NCBI GenBank assembly: GCA_003554145.1
Contig: PWFS01000062.1
Span: 1 to 51,796 of the forward strand
Direction: 5' to 3'
Length of the DNA stretch: 51,796 nt
Source of the DNA: Halobacteroidaceae bacterium
Lineage (GTDB): Bacteria > Bacillota > Halanaerobiia > B1SED10-174
How positions within the stretch are numbered: position 1 is the first letter of the stretch; the number at the start of each line of letters is the position of its first letter. Below, in pieces: positions 28,430 through 38,773 of this stretch. Under the pieces are notes generated by a model that saw only the letters and a list, made by a program, of their open reading frames with translations, was not told the origin of the DNA and searched no databases. Position numbers and translations under genes: made by a program.

Positions 28430-30643
28430 ATGTTAAAAAAGTGGGAACTGGAACTTGGTCCAAGGGGAATTACCCTGGAAACAGGGAAATATGCCAAACA
28501 GGCTAATGGTTCTGTTTTGGTGAAAGGTGGGGATTCTGTCGTCCTGGTGACTGCAACCATGTCCGATCCCCGGCCCGGGGTGGATTTTTTGCCCCTGATG
28601 GTAAATTTTGAAGAGCGGGTTTATGCTATAGGGAGAATTCCCGGTAGCTGGAACCGCAGGGAAGGACGTCCCCGGGATATTGCTACTCTGAATTCGCGGC
28701 TGATTGATCGGCCCCTGCGCCCTCTTTTCCCCGAAGGATTCCGCAACGATGTGCAGATTATAGCTACTGTTCTTTCTTTTGATCCTGATTATGAACCTGA
28801 GATGCTGGCTTTTATTGGAGCGTCAGCTGCCCTGATAATATCCGATATACCATTTACCACCCCCATCGGCGGATTGAAGGTAGGTATGGTGGAAGATGAA
28901 CTGCTAATTAATCCTACTGAAGAAGAAAGGGAAAAAAGCTCCTTAGAATTAATTGTGGCTGGAACCAGGGATGAAGTTACAATGGTGGAGGCTATGGGCC
29001 ATGAAATTCCCGAGGAAAAAATGATAGAAGCCCTGGAATTCAGCCAGGATTATCTGCGGAAAATTGTGGAAATTCAGGAACAGATGCAAAAGGAAGTGGG
29101 CCAGGAAAAAATTGAATTTGAACCAGCCCAACCTGATGCGCAGATAGTTAAAGAAGTTCAAGCCTATTCCTCGGATTTAAATCAGGCCCTGCGGGTTGAG
29201 GATAAACTGGATCGAAAAGAGGCTGTGGATTCCCTCCAGGAACAGATCCTGGAACTCCTGATTCCCCGTTTTACAGAAGCAGGCGAGGAAGAGGAAGGGG
29301 AAAAAATTATTAAAAAAGAATTTGAAGCCATGCTCAAGGATAATGTCCGTCAGATGATAATTAAAGAAAAGAAAAGGCCTGATGGACGGGAACCTGGAGA
29401 CCTACGGGAATTGAACAGCGAAGTTTCCATACTACCCCGGGTTCATGGTTCAGCAGAATTTTCGCGGGGACAGACCCAGGCCCTTTCAGTCCTTACCCTG
29501 GGGGCCATTGGGGACAGCCAGATAATGTTTGACCTCGGGGAATTTGAGCAGAAGCGATTTATGCTCCATTATAATTTCCCTCCCTACTCGGTTGGAGAAA
29601 CATGGCCCATGCGTCCCCCGGGTCGCCGGGAAATCGGTCACGGAGCTTTAGGGGAAAAAGCCATTGAACCAGTTCTTCCCGATAATGAGGAGTTTCCCTA
29701 CACCATTCGCCTGGTCTCAGAAATCCTCGAATCCAATGGTTCTACTTCTCAGGCGAGCATATGTGCCAGTTCCCTGGCCCTGATGGATGGGGGGGTTCCC
29801 CTGAAATCCCATGTGGCGGGAATTGCCATGGGCCTGATGAAAGAAGGGGACGAGCATGCGGTCCTGACAGATATTCAGGGCCTGGAGGATTTTTATGGAG
29901 ATATGGATTTTAAGGTAGCCGGTACCCGCAAAGGGATAACTGCTTTGCAGATGGATATTAAGATTGCGGGAATCAGTCGACCGATTATGGAGCAGGCCCT
30001 GTTTCAGGCCCGTCAGGCCCGCCTGGAAATTCTGGATAATATGGAAGCCGCCATTTCCGAACATCGCGAAGAGCTTTCTCCCCATGCACCCCGGATGATT
30101 ACTCTGCAAATTGATCCGGAACAGATCCGGGAAATCATTGGCCCCCAGGGCAAAACCATTCGGAAAATAACCGAAGAAACGGATACCAAGATTGATATTG
30201 AAGATAGTGGAAAAATATTTATCCTGGGTTACAGCCGGGAAGATGTAGATAAAGCAATTGCAATGGTCGAAGAGTTAACCAGGGATGTTGAGGTGGGAGA
30301 AACCTATCTGGGCAAAGTAAAAAGACTTATGAATTTTGGTGCCTTTGTAGAGGTTCTTCCCGGAAAAGAAGGCCTGGTCCACATTTCTCGCCTGGCCGAT
30401 TATCGGGTAAAGAGTGTTGAGGATGTTGTAAGCGTCGGGGATGAGATCTGGGTTAAAGTTACTGAGATTGATGATAAAGACCGGATCAATCTTTCCCGGG
30501 AAGCTGTTCTAAAGGAAAAAGGTGAAGAGTGCCTGGAGGAAGAAAGCCGCAATCCCAAGCCTAAATCCAGCACAGGTGGTTCGGGTCGGAAAAATGGTTC
30601 CAGGGGTGGTCAGCGGGGAGGAAACCGCGACCGCCGCGGGTAA
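28430..30643 (+). CDS. pnp: Polyribonucleotide nucleotidyltransferase (PNPase)
   Basis: [36 protein letters not shown] and S1 domains, RGG-rich tail; start ATG 28430 after GAGGAGG. Confidence 0.98.
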   Translation: MLKKWELELGPRGITLETGKYAKQANGSVLVKGGDSVVLVTATMSDPRPGVDFLPLMVNFEERVYAIGRIPGSWNRREGRPRDIATLNSRLIDRPLRPLFPEGFRNDVQIIATVLSFDPDYEPEMLAFIGASAALIISDIPFTTPIGGLKVGMVEDELLINPTEEEREKSSLELIVAGTRDEVTMVEAMGHEIPEEKMIEALEFSQDYLRKIVEIQEQMQKEVGQEKIEFEPAQPDAQIVKEVQAYSSDLNQALRVEDKLDRKEAVDSLQEQILELLIPRFTEAGEEEEGEKIIKKEFEAMLKDNVRQMIIKEKKRPDGREPGDLRELNSEVSILPRVHGSAEFSRGQTQALSVLTLGAIGDSQIMFDLGEFEQKRFMLHYNFPPYSVGETWPMRPPGRREIGHGALGEKAIEPVLPDNEEFPYTIRLVSEILESNGSTSQASICASSLALMDGGVPLKSHVAGIAMGLMKEGDEHAVLTDIQGLEDFYGDMDFKVAGTRKGITALQMDIKIAGISRPIMEQALFQARQARLEILDNMEAAISEHREELSPHAPRMITLQIDPEQIREIIGPQGKTIRKITEETDTKIDIEDSGKIFILGYSREDVDKAIAMVEELTRDVEVGETYLGKVKRLMNFGAFVEVLPGKEGLVHISRLADYRVKSVEDVVSVGDEIWVKVTEIDDKDRINLSREAVLKEKGEECLEEESRNPKPKSSTGGSGRKNGSRGGQRGGNRDRRG

Positions 30644-30654
30644 AGGAGCACCTG

Positions 30655-31482
30655 ATGCGACTGGGAATTCATCTTTCGATGGGACGCGGGTTAAAGCGGA
30701 CCATGGAGGAAGCTCAGGAACTTGGTTGCAATACTGTGCAGATTTTTTCCAAAAATCCTCGCAGCTGGAAGGCGGGGAAATTTGATCAGGAGGGGGCGGA
30801 CCTGGTCTACCGGGAAAAACAGGACCGGGATCTTAGGCCCTGGGTTGTTCACGCCACCTACCTGATCAATCCCTGTTCTCCTGATGATGATCTTTATTAT
30901 CGTTCCCGGGAGGGCCTGGAATTAGAAATAGGGCGGGCCGAACTTATGGGGGCAGACTATTATGTTTTGCACCCTGGCAACCGCAAGGACAGCAGCCCTG
31001 AACAGTCAATTAAGCGCCTGCAGCACAATCTGGCTTATCTCCTGGAAAAATTTAATTCCATTAACCTGCTGGTGGAAGGAATGGCAGGACGAGGCAGTGA
31101 ACTGGGGGCCAGTTTTTTAGAATTGAGCAAAATTGTTGCCCCCTTTTCTCCAACCAGGGTTGGGATTTGCCTGGATACCTGCCATCTTTTTGCTGCAGGG
31201 TGGGATATTCGTACCGATAAGGGCTGGAGAAAAACATTGGATTTATTTTTTTCCCATATTGATTATCAACGCCTGCAGTTAATTCATGTTAATGATTCCG
31301 TTTATCCCCTTGGTTCTCGCCAGGATCGTCATACTCATCTGGGCCAGGGTAAAATTGGCAGGGAGGGGTTTCGAGCCATGATTAACCGGCCGGAATTGAG
31401 AGAGATCCCTTTAATCCTGGAAACTCCCGGTTCTGTCCGGGAGGAGGGGCGCAAAAACCTTGAATTTATGCGCAGGTTATAA
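30655..31482 (+). CDS. nfo: Endonuclease IV (AP endonuclease)
   Basis: Zinc ligands HATYLIN, LHPG, CLDTCH, IHVNDS, DRH, LETP all present. Confidence 0.93.
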   Translation: MRLGIHLSMGRGLKRTMEEAQELGCNTVQIFSKNPRSWKAGKFDQEGADLVYREKQDRDLRPWVVHATYLINPCSPDDDLYYRSREGLELEIGRAELMGADYYVLHPGNRKDSSPEQSIKRLQHNLAYLLEKFNSINLLVEGMAGRGSELGASFLELSKIVAPFSPTRVGICLDTCHLFAAGWDIRTDKGWRKTLDLFFSHIDYQRLQLIHVNDSVYPLGSRQDRHTHLGQGKIGREGFRAMINRPELREIPLILETPGSVREEGRKNLEFMRRL

Positions 31483-31491
31483 AGGGGAGTA

Positions 31492-33513
31492 ATGATGATT
31501 AATAATAAAGAGGTGGAGGACTTTTTCGCTCCCGGCGGGCTTTTGCAAAATAATTTCCCCCAGTTTGAAATTCGGGATTCCCAGTTGACTCTGGCCAGCA
31601 AGATTACCCGTGCTCTGAACGACAAAAGGTTTTTGATTGCTGAAGCGGGAACGGGAATTGGAAAAACCCTTTCCTATCTGGTTCCGGTAATGTTATGGGC
31701 CGGGAAAGAAAAAAAACCGGTTATTATTGCTACCTATACCAAAAACCTGCAGATGCAGCTCGCAGAAAAAGATATTCCCCAGGTTCAAAAAATCCTGGGA
31801 ACCGACCTGAACAGCACAGTTCTCATGGGGCGGGGGAATTATCTCTGTCAGACCCGGTTACGTTTACTGTCCCAAAAAAAAGATAGCTTTTCTGCCCGGT
31901 TGTTACCGGAAATATATTTATGGGCCGAAGAGACTTTAAATGGCACCTATGAAGAGTGGCCTTTTAGCGAATACCCTGAAATATGGCCTTTGATTGCTGC
32001 GGATGCTGATGGCTGTCATGGGCAATTCTGTCGTTATCAGGAAAAATGCTATCTTCAAAAAGCCCGCAGGCGCTGTCAGCAGGCAGATATTATAGTTGTG
32101 AACCATCATATTTTTTTCAGTGATCTGCAATTGCGGTGTAATGAGGAGCAGGGATTTCTTCCTGATTATAAGGTGATTATTTTTGATGAAGCCCATCATC
32201 TGGAACAGACCGGGATTGATTTTCTGGGGACCGATTTTTCCCGGCGGGAATTTGTGGAAACAGTTGGAGAAATGCGTGAACTACTGCAAAAGCTGCAGAA
32301 AGAAAAAAAAGACGCTCTGAATTTTGTCCAATTATTTTCTATCCTGCAGGGCCTGGAGGAAGAGGCCCAGGCTCTTTTCTTTGAAGTCAATCGGATTATC
32401 AGTTCTCAAGAACCCAGGTTTATTGAACCCTCCTGGTGGCAGAACCTGCAAAATTGCCCCGTGCGCCTCTGTGAGAAAATGGATGAAGTGTATCATAATA
32501 TAAAAACTGGAGAGGTTGAGTTTTCGGAGGAATTACAGGTTGCGCGGGGGGAAATATGTAATAGGTGGAAAAAAAATATTCAGTCCCTGGATTATTTTAT
32601 TAATTTGCCGGAAAGGGGATTTGTTTCCTGGCTGGAGGAAAGGGGGAGAAATTTGAGCCTGCGTTCTCTACCCCTTTCGGTGGACGATTTTCTCCAGAAA
32701 AGTTTTTATCCCCGTATGGACAGTATCGTTTTTACCTCGGCTACTCTTTCCATCAATGATAAGGGTCTCTATTATGCCCGCAACATGGGGTTATCCCCCG
32801 ATCGAACCGATACCCTGATTTTGGGTTCTCCTTTTGATTATGATCAGCAGGCAACCCTATTAATTCCAAGGGAAATACCGGCCCCCTCTGATAAAGATTT
32901 TGTGGATTGTAGTGGGGAGTATTTTAAAAAAATTTATCCCGCTCTTGGTCCCCGTTCCCTGCTTCTATTTACCTCCTATGAAATGCTGAATAGTTTCCAT
33001 TCCTGGATAGAAAAATTCTGTGACCGGGAGGGGATCGAAGTTTTTGTCCAGGGAAACAACGCAGTCAGCCGGATTATCTCTGAGTTTAAAAATAGCTCCC
33101 GGGGAATAATTCTGGGGACCGCCAGCTTCTGGGAAGGCATAGATTTACCAGGGGCGGATCTGACCTCGGTGCTGCTGTTTCGACTCCCTTTTCCTGTGCC
33201 CAGTGATCCCTGGATTAATGGGAAGGCCCTGGAACTCCAGCAAAAAGGGCATAATCCTTTCTTCGATTTAATGTTGCCCCGCGCCCTTATTCGTTTTAAA
33301 CAGGGTTGGGGACGTTTAATCAGGAGTTTTTCTGATCGGGGGATTTTAATTATTTTTGACCGGCGCTTATTGACCAAAAGCTATGGAAAAAATTTTTTGA
33401 ACACCCTGCCCGATCGTTTGCCTGTGCGGGAGGGAGAGGCCGAGGAACTCCTTCAGGCCGGAATTAAATTCTGGGATCGTGCAGGAGAAATATGGACCGA
33501 AGTGGAAAAATAA
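31492..33513 (+). CDS. dinG: DinG/YoaA family Fe-S SF2 DNA helicase without exonuclease domain
   Basis: EAGTGIGKT, GRGNYLC...C..FC...KC Fe-S cysteines, DEAHH, TSATL, FWEGID, QGWGRLIR. Confidence 0.9.
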   Translation: MMINNKEVEDFFAPGGLLQNNFPQFEIRDSQLTLASKITRALNDKRFLIAEAGTGIGKTLSYLVPVMLWAGKEKKPVIIATYTKNLQMQLAEKDIPQVQKILGTDLNSTVLMGRGNYLCQTRLRLLSQKKDSFSARLLPEIYLWAEETLNGTYEEWPFSEYPEIWPLIAADADGCHGQFCRYQEKCYLQKARRRCQQADIIVVNHHIFFSDLQLRCNEEQGFLPDYKVIIFDEAHHLEQTGIDFLGTDFSRREFVETVGEMRELLQKLQKEKKDALNFVQLFSILQGLEEEAQALFFEVNRIISSQEPRFIEPSWWQNLQNCPVRLCEKMDEVYHNIKTGEVEFSEELQVARGEICNRWKKNIQSLDYFINLPERGFVSWLEERGRNLSLRSLPLSVDDFLQKSFYPRMDSIVFTSATLSINDKGLYYARNMGLSPDRTDTLILGSPFDYDQQATLLIPREIPAPSDKDFVDCSGEYFKKIYPALGPRSLLLFTSYEMLNSFHSWIEKFCDREGIEVFVQGNNAVSRIISEFKNSSRGIILGTASFWEGIDLPGADLTSVLLFRLPFPVPSDPWINGKALELQQKGHNPFFDLMLPRALIRFKQGWGRLIRSFSDRGILIIFDRRLLTKSYGKNFLNTLPDRLPVREGEAEELLQAGIKFWDRAGEIWTEVEK

Positions 33514-33547
33514 TAAGGCACTACCTGTATGGCGGAGGAGGTATTTT

Positions 33548-34459
33548 ATGGAGCAAATCAAAGCAGCTAAGTGGGTATTACTTATCGTTGTGCTTGTTTT
33601 GTTAAGTACTTCTTCCGGACTGGCTTCAGGTTTTTTCCCGGATTTTTACCTGGTTTATGAGGTCAAAGAAGGAGATACTCTGAGCAACATAGCCCAGAAT
33701 TTTGGAGTCAGTGTTGCTGGCTTGCGGTGGGCCAATGGCCTACAGGGTGATATCATTCGTTCCGGCGATGAACTGATTATACCATCCAAACCTGTAAAAG
33801 ATTTTCCTGGTCTCAACCAAAAACTTGAACCTAATGGGTCAGAGGATCTGCGCCTGGAAAACCTGCCTCAGCCCGTTCATATTCGCCCAGCAATGCCCGA
33901 GGTTGATATTCCCCGGGATGAGCTAATTATCTATCAGGTTCGGAGAGGAGATCGTCTTTACGATCTGGCCCGAGATTTTAATACTACCGTGGCTTTTCTC
34001 CAGGCTTTAAATGAATTAGATAGTCCCCAGATCAGGGAGGGGCAGCGGGTTTATCTGCCCATAAAGAATCTTAGTCCACGTCAGGCACTGGAACGGACCA
34101 TAAGCTCAGATGAGAAAGATATCCTGGCCCGGGCAATTCACGCTGAAGCCCGGGGAGAGCCTTTTATGGGTCAGGTGGCAGTGGGAGCAGTAATTATCAA
34201 TCGGGTCCTCAGCCCCCACTATCCAGATTCATTCCGGGGGGTAATTTTTCAACCCGGTCAGTTTTGTGTAGTTCAGGATGGTCAAATCAACCTTCCCGCC
34301 AATCAGCAGGCATTTGATGCTGCCAGGGAAGCTTTAGAGGGAACAGACCCGACCCGGGGAGCAATTTATTACTTCAACCCTGATACTGCAACCAATACTG
34401 CCTGGACCAGAAGCCGGGAAATAACAGTTACTATTGGCAACCATGTTTTTGCGCGGTAG
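33548..34459 (+). CDS. Secreted 2xLysM plus SleB-like cell wall hydrolase
   Basis: Signal peptide; LysM YEVKEGDTLSNIA and YQVRRGDRLYDLA; hydrolase motifs AEARGE..GQVAVGAVIINR, GAIYYFNP, IGNHVF; start ATG 33548. Confidence 0.9.
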   Translation: MEQIKAAKWVLLIVVLVLLSTSSGLASGFFPDFYLVYEVKEGDTLSNIAQNFGVSVAGLRWANGLQGDIIRSGDELIIPSKPVKDFPGLNQKLEPNGSEDLRLENLPQPVHIRPAMPEVDIPRDELIIYQVRRGDRLYDLARDFNTTVAFLQALNELDSPQIREGQRVYLPIKNLSPRQALERTISSDEKDILARAIHAEARGEPFMGQVAVGAVIINRVLSPHYPDSFRGVIFQPGQFCVVQDGQINLPANQQAFDAAREALEGTDPTRGAIYYFNPDTATNTAWTRSREITVTIGNHVFAR

Positions 34460-34461
34460 AG

Positions 34462-34496
34462 AAAAAAAGGGGGCCCTGACGGCTCCCTTTAGTTTT
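34462..34496 (+). terminator. Hairpin / weak terminator after the LysM hydrolase
   Basis: AAAGGGGGCC-ctgac-GGCTCCCTTT then AGTTTT. Confidence 0.5.
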
Positions 34497-34517
34497 ATCA
34501 GGAGAGGAGAAGGGAAA

Positions 34518-34952
34518 ATGGAAATTCAAATTAAGCTTCTGGAAGAGAACTGGGAATGCCCGGCCTATCAACACCCCGGCGAAGATGCGGGGATGGATCT
34601 CCAATCCCGGGTAGATTGTACAATTAATCCCGGGGAATTTGTTCAGGTTCCAACTGGCATTGCCATTGCCCTGCCCCCCGGTCTGGTAGGCTATGTAAAC
34701 CCCCGCAGTGGCCTGGCCCGACTTTATGGTATTACAGTTTTAAATGCTGATGGGGTTATTGATTCAGGGTATAGGGGGGAAATAGCGGTGATTTTAATCA
34801 ATCATGGGTCCCGGCCATTTTCCATAAAAAAAGGAGATCGCATAGCTCAACTTATAATCCATCGTTTTGAACAGGTTCAGTGGCTGCCCGTAACCGAACT
34901 AACAACTTCTGCCAGGCAGGATAAAGGTTTTGGACAGTCGGGAAAGCAGTAG
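34518..34952 (+). CDS. dut: Trimeric dUTPase
   Basis: AGMDL, PRSGLA, GVIDSGYRGE, GDRIAQL, R.DKGFGQSG; start ATG 34518. Confidence 0.96.
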   Translation: MEIQIKLLEENWECPAYQHPGEDAGMDLQSRVDCTINPGEFVQVPTGIAIALPPGLVGYVNPRSGLARLYGITVLNADGVIDSGYRGEIAVILINHGSRPFSIKKGDRIAQLIIHRFEQVQWLPVTELTTSARQDKGFGQSGKQ

Positions 34953-35029
34953 TTATTCTTTAAAGACATTTGTTTTTTAGTCCAGGCAGGGAGTGGCGAA
35001 ATTTCAGGGCTATAAAATAGGGCTTTTTC

Positions 35030-35058
35030 TTGTTTTTTTAGAAACGCTGTTGTATAAT
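35030..35058 (+). promoter_or_regulatory. Probable sigmaA promoter of rnj
   Basis: TTGTTT, 17 bp spacer, TATAAT (35053-35058). Confidence 0.55.
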
Positions 35059-35109
35059 AGGTACGGTTTAATTGCTCCGGGACAATGTTTGGGAGGTGTT
35101 TTTTTATAT

Positions 35110-36765
35110 ATGGACAGTATTAAAGCCATTCCCCTGGGTGGGGTGGGCGAAATTGGGAAAAATATGATGTTGATCGAAAAAAATGGACGTATTCTGATTA
35201 TTGATGCCGGGGTCATGTTCCCCGAAGATGATTTGCTGGGAATTGACCTGGTGATTCCGGATATTTCCTACCTGGTTGAGAATAAAGAGCGAATAGATGG
35301 AATGGTTTTAACCCATGGTCATGAGGATCATATTGGGGCTATACCCTATATTATTGAAGAACTGGATATTCCTATCTATGGAACCCGCCTGGCTCTTGGC
35401 CTGGTCAAAGCAAAGCTTAAAGAATTCCACCTTTCCCGGGAGGTGAAGTTTAAGGAGGTAGCTCCCCGGAAAAAGACCAAAATAGGTACTTTTGAAGTGG
35501 AGTTAATTCGGGTCAATCACAGTATTGCTGACACCTGTGCTCTGGCCATAAAGACTCCTTACGGCCCTATCATCTATGCCAGCGATTTTAAGTTTGATCA
35601 AACTCCAGTTGATGGGATTGTTGTTGATTATCATAAATTGAGTCAATATGGGGATTCCGGTGTCCTGGCCCTTTTTTCAGACAGCACCAATGCTGAACGG
35701 GAAGGATTTACTAATTCGGAGCGGGTGGTCGGAGAAAAAATTGATGATGTTTTTTCCACTGCTCGGGGGCGAATTATTGTTGCTACTTTTGCTTCCAATA
35801 TTCACCGGATTCAACAGGTTTTTGATGCTGCTCGGCGATACCGGCGCAAGGTGGCTATAACCGGGCGGAGCATGGTGCATAACTGTCAGATTGCTTCAGA
35901 ATTAGGATATTTAGACATTCCCGAGGATAGCATGGTGGAATTAAGGGATTTACCGGCCATGGATCATGATAAAATTGCAATTTTAACAACAGGCAGCCAG
36001 GGTGAACCACTGGCGGCATTGACCCGCATGGCCAATGGGGAACCCCGGCAGGTAAATGTATGTGCTGGAGATACAGTTATGGTTTCTGCTTCTCCTATCC
36101 CCGGAAATGAAAGACTGGTGGGGGAAACAATAAATAAATTGTACCGGTTGGGTGCGGATGTTATATATCAGGCCATCTCCGGAGTTCATGTTTCAGGACA
36201 TGCCAGCAAGGAAGAACTGAAGCTGATGTGCAACCTGGTCCGTCCCCGCTATTTTATTCCTGTCCATGGGGAATACCGGCACCTGTACCATCATGCCCAA
36301 CTGGCAGAAAATATGGGTATTGAAAGGGACAATATCTTTGTTCTGGAACCGGGCTCAGTCCTGGAATTAAACTCTGAGCAGGGAAAAATTAAGGGCAATG
36401 TTGGAGTGGATCGGGTTCTGGTTGATGGCCTTGGTATTGGGGATGTGGGAACAGTGGTCTTGAGGGATCGCAGGCTCCTGTCCCAGGATGGAATTTTGAT
36501 TGTGGTAATGACCATTGATAGAAAAAACGGCCAGATGATTTCCGGCCCGGATATTGTTACCAGGGGTTTTGTTTATATGCGGGAATCGGAGGAGTTAATC
36601 CAGCAGGCCACTGATATCGTGGAAAGGACCATGGAAAAATGCCTTAATAATGGGGAAAAACAATGGTCCCGAATGAAAAACAGGGTTCGTGATGCCTTAA
36701 GTGGTTTTGTTTATCAGAAAATAAAGCGGCGTCCGATGATTTTACCCATTATCATGGAAATATAA
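35110..36765 (+). CDS. rnj: Ribonuclease J
   Basis: PLGGVGEIGKNM, THGHEDHIG, NHSI, SDFKFD, HVSGHA, PVHGEYR, RRPMILPII; start ATG 35110. Confidence 0.97.
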   Translation: MDSIKAIPLGGVGEIGKNMMLIEKNGRILIIDAGVMFPEDDLLGIDLVIPDISYLVENKERIDGMVLTHGHEDHIGAIPYIIEELDIPIYGTRLALGLVKAKLKEFHLSREVKFKEVAPRKKTKIGTFEVELIRVNHSIADTCALAIKTPYGPIIYASDFKFDQTPVDGIVVDYHKLSQYGDSGVLALFSDSTNAEREGFTNSERVVGEKIDDVFSTARGRIIVATFASNIHRIQQVFDAARRYRRKVAITGRSMVHNCQIASELGYLDIPEDSMVELRDLPAMDHDKIAILTTGSQGEPLAALTRMANGEPRQVNVCAGDTVMVSASPIPGNERLVGETINKLYRLGADVIYQAISGVHVSGHASKEELKLMCNLVRPRYFIPVHGEYRHLYHHAQLAENMGIERDNIFVLEPGSVLELNSEQGKIKGNVGVDRVLVDGLGIGDVGTVVLRDRRLLSQDGILIVVMTIDRKNGQMISGPDIVTRGFVYMRESEELIQQATDIVERTMEKCLNNGEKQWSRMKNRVRDALSGFVYQKIKRRPMILPIIMEI

Positions 36766-36777
36766 AATATTCAAGGA

Positions 36778-36822
36778 ACCCTCCTGCTCTGATCTGAATC
36801 CTGAACAGGAGGGTGTTTTTTT
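36778..36822 (+). terminator. Intrinsic terminator after rnj
   Basis: ACCCTCCTG ... CAGGAGGGT stem plus T-tract. Confidence 0.65.
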
Positions 36823-37038
36823 CCCAGGGTTAGGAGCAACCAATAAAAAAATTAAATTTCCTGTCGAAAAATTCCCATGAAGCTTAATATAAAAAGGAAT
36901 CCGGGGCCTGCTCATAGAAAGAAGGGTTAGTAACCCCGCCAAAAAAAATGAAGATAGATTATCTTCAATCAGGTTTAGGTAAATAACCGGCCAGTTTCTT
37001 CCGGCCTGCATTTAGCTGTGATTAGGAGGGTGTGGGGA

Positions 37039-38685
37039 TTGTCGTATTTTATGATTTTTGAGTTGCTGGGCGGCGTTGGCCTATTTATATTTGGCATGCG
37101 GCAGATGGGTGAGGGTCTTCAGAAGACTGCAGGAGATCGTCTGCAGCGGTTTATTGAACTTTTAACCACCAATCCCCTGGCTGGCATCCTGGTAGGCGCT
37201 GGAGTTACCGCAATTATCCAGAGCAGTAGTGCCACTACCATCATGACTGTCGGTTTTGTTAATGCCGGTTTAATGTCCCTGCGACAGGCAGTGGGGATAA
37301 TTATGGGAGCCAACATTGGCACAACCATAACCGCCCAGCTGATTGCTTTCGATCTGGGAAATTATTCTCTCCCCGCAGTGGCTCTGGGAGCATTCCTCCT
37401 GTTTTTTTCCAGGAAAAAGCGTTTTAAACAGATTGGGCAGGTGATTTTCGGATTCGGCCTTTTGTTTTTGGGGATGACTGTAATGCAGGATACCATGTTA
37501 CCCCTGGCTGAATCAGAAGCTTTCCGGGAGTTTTTTAAAACTTTTGGAGCCATGCCTGTCCTGGGGATCCTGGTAGGTGCGATGACTACTGCGCTGGTTC
37601 AGAGTAGCAGTGCCACCATTGGTATTCTGATCAGCCTTGCCTCGGTGGGAGCTATTGATTTTGCCATTGCTATTCCCATACTCCTGGGAGATAATATTGG
37701 AACCACCTTTACTGCCCTTCTTTCCAGTATAGGAGCAAAATTAGCTGCTCGTCGTGCTGCCATGGCCCACATGGTTTTTAATGTTCTGGGCACTGGGTTT
37801 TTTATTCTGGTTTTTTATTTAGTCCCGGGTTTCTCCGGTCACCTGGAAACTTTCTTCCAGAGTATCGCTGAGTACTTTGGTCATACCTGGAATGTGCAGC
37901 GCCTGGTAGCCAATACTCATACTGCCTTTAACCTGACCAATACCCTGCTCTGGTTTCCTTTTGTGGCCTTTCTAACCAATCTGGTGATCCGCATGATCCC
38001 CGGTAAGGAAGATATTTTACACAAAGGGCCCATTTACCTGGACGAAAGAATGTTAAAAACCCCGGCAGTAGCGCTGGAGCAGGCTCATAAAGAACTTTTG
38101 AGGATGGCCGACCTGGCCTATGTTAATGTGGGGGATGCCAGGCGGATATTTATGGATGAAGAAGAAAATCTCATGGATAATTTTTATGAAAGGGAAGAAG
38201 CCATTGACGCCCTGGAGACTGCTATTACTGATTATCTGGCCAAATTATCGCGTCAGCCCATGGATGAAAGCCATTCCAACCGATTGAATAATTTTTTCCA
38301 TCTGATTAATGATATTGAACGTATTGGGGATCATGCCGAAAACGTTGTTGAACTGGCTGAATATAAAATGGAGCACCGCCTCCCGTTTTCCGACAAGGCC
38401 GTTGCAGAATTAGATAATATGTTTGATCGGGTGATGCAAACTATTGATGAGGGGATCAGCTCTTTGAGTACCGGGGATCTGGCAACTGCAGTAAAAGTCC
38501 TACGCTTTGAAGATGAGGTTGATGAGCTGGAAAATGAATACCGGGAAAATCATATAAAGAGATTAAATGAAGGTTTGTGCTACCCCGGTTCAGGGATTGT
38601 TTTTGTTGATATTTTAAGTAATCTTGAGCGAATCGGGGATCATGTTTCCAATATTGCCAAGATAATTCTAAAGGATCGCAATTAA
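37039..38685 (+). CDS. Na/Pi cotransporter family protein with C-terminal PhoU-like domains
   Basis: Two QSSSAT repeats with GANIGTT / GDNIGTT; PhoU-like DIERIGDHAEN and NLERIGDH; start uncertain (TTG 37039 or ATG 37051). Confidence 0.93.
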   Translation: MSYFMIFELLGGVGLFIFGMRQMGEGLQKTAGDRLQRFIELLTTNPLAGILVGAGVTAIIQSSSATTIMTVGFVNAGLMSLRQAVGIIMGANIGTTITAQLIAFDLGNYSLPAVALGAFLLFFSRKKRFKQIGQVIFGFGLLFLGMTVMQDTMLPLAESEAFREFFKTFGAMPVLGILVGAMTTALVQSSSATIGILISLASVGAIDFAIAIPILLGDNIGTTFTALLSSIGAKLAARRAAMAHMVFNVLGTGFFILVFYLVPGFSGHLETFFQSIAEYFGHTWNVQRLVANTHTAFNLTNTLLWFPFVAFLTNLVIRMIPGKEDILHKGPIYLDERMLKTPAVALEQAHKELLRMADLAYVNVGDARRIFMDEEENLMDNFYEREEAIDALETAITDYLAKLSRQPMDESHSNRLNNFFHLINDIERIGDHAENVVELAEYKMEHRLPFSDKAVAELDNMFDRVMQTIDEGISSLSTGDLATAVKVLRFEDEVDELENEYRENHIKRLNEGLCYPGSGIVFVDILSNLERIGDHVSNIAKIILKDRN

Positions 38686-38773
38686 TCCCCCGCCATCGAA
38701 TTGACCGGAGGGCGGAGATGGGAGCAGGACAAAGCCCAGTAAGAGAGAAAATAATACATGAGGTGAAGCTCCC

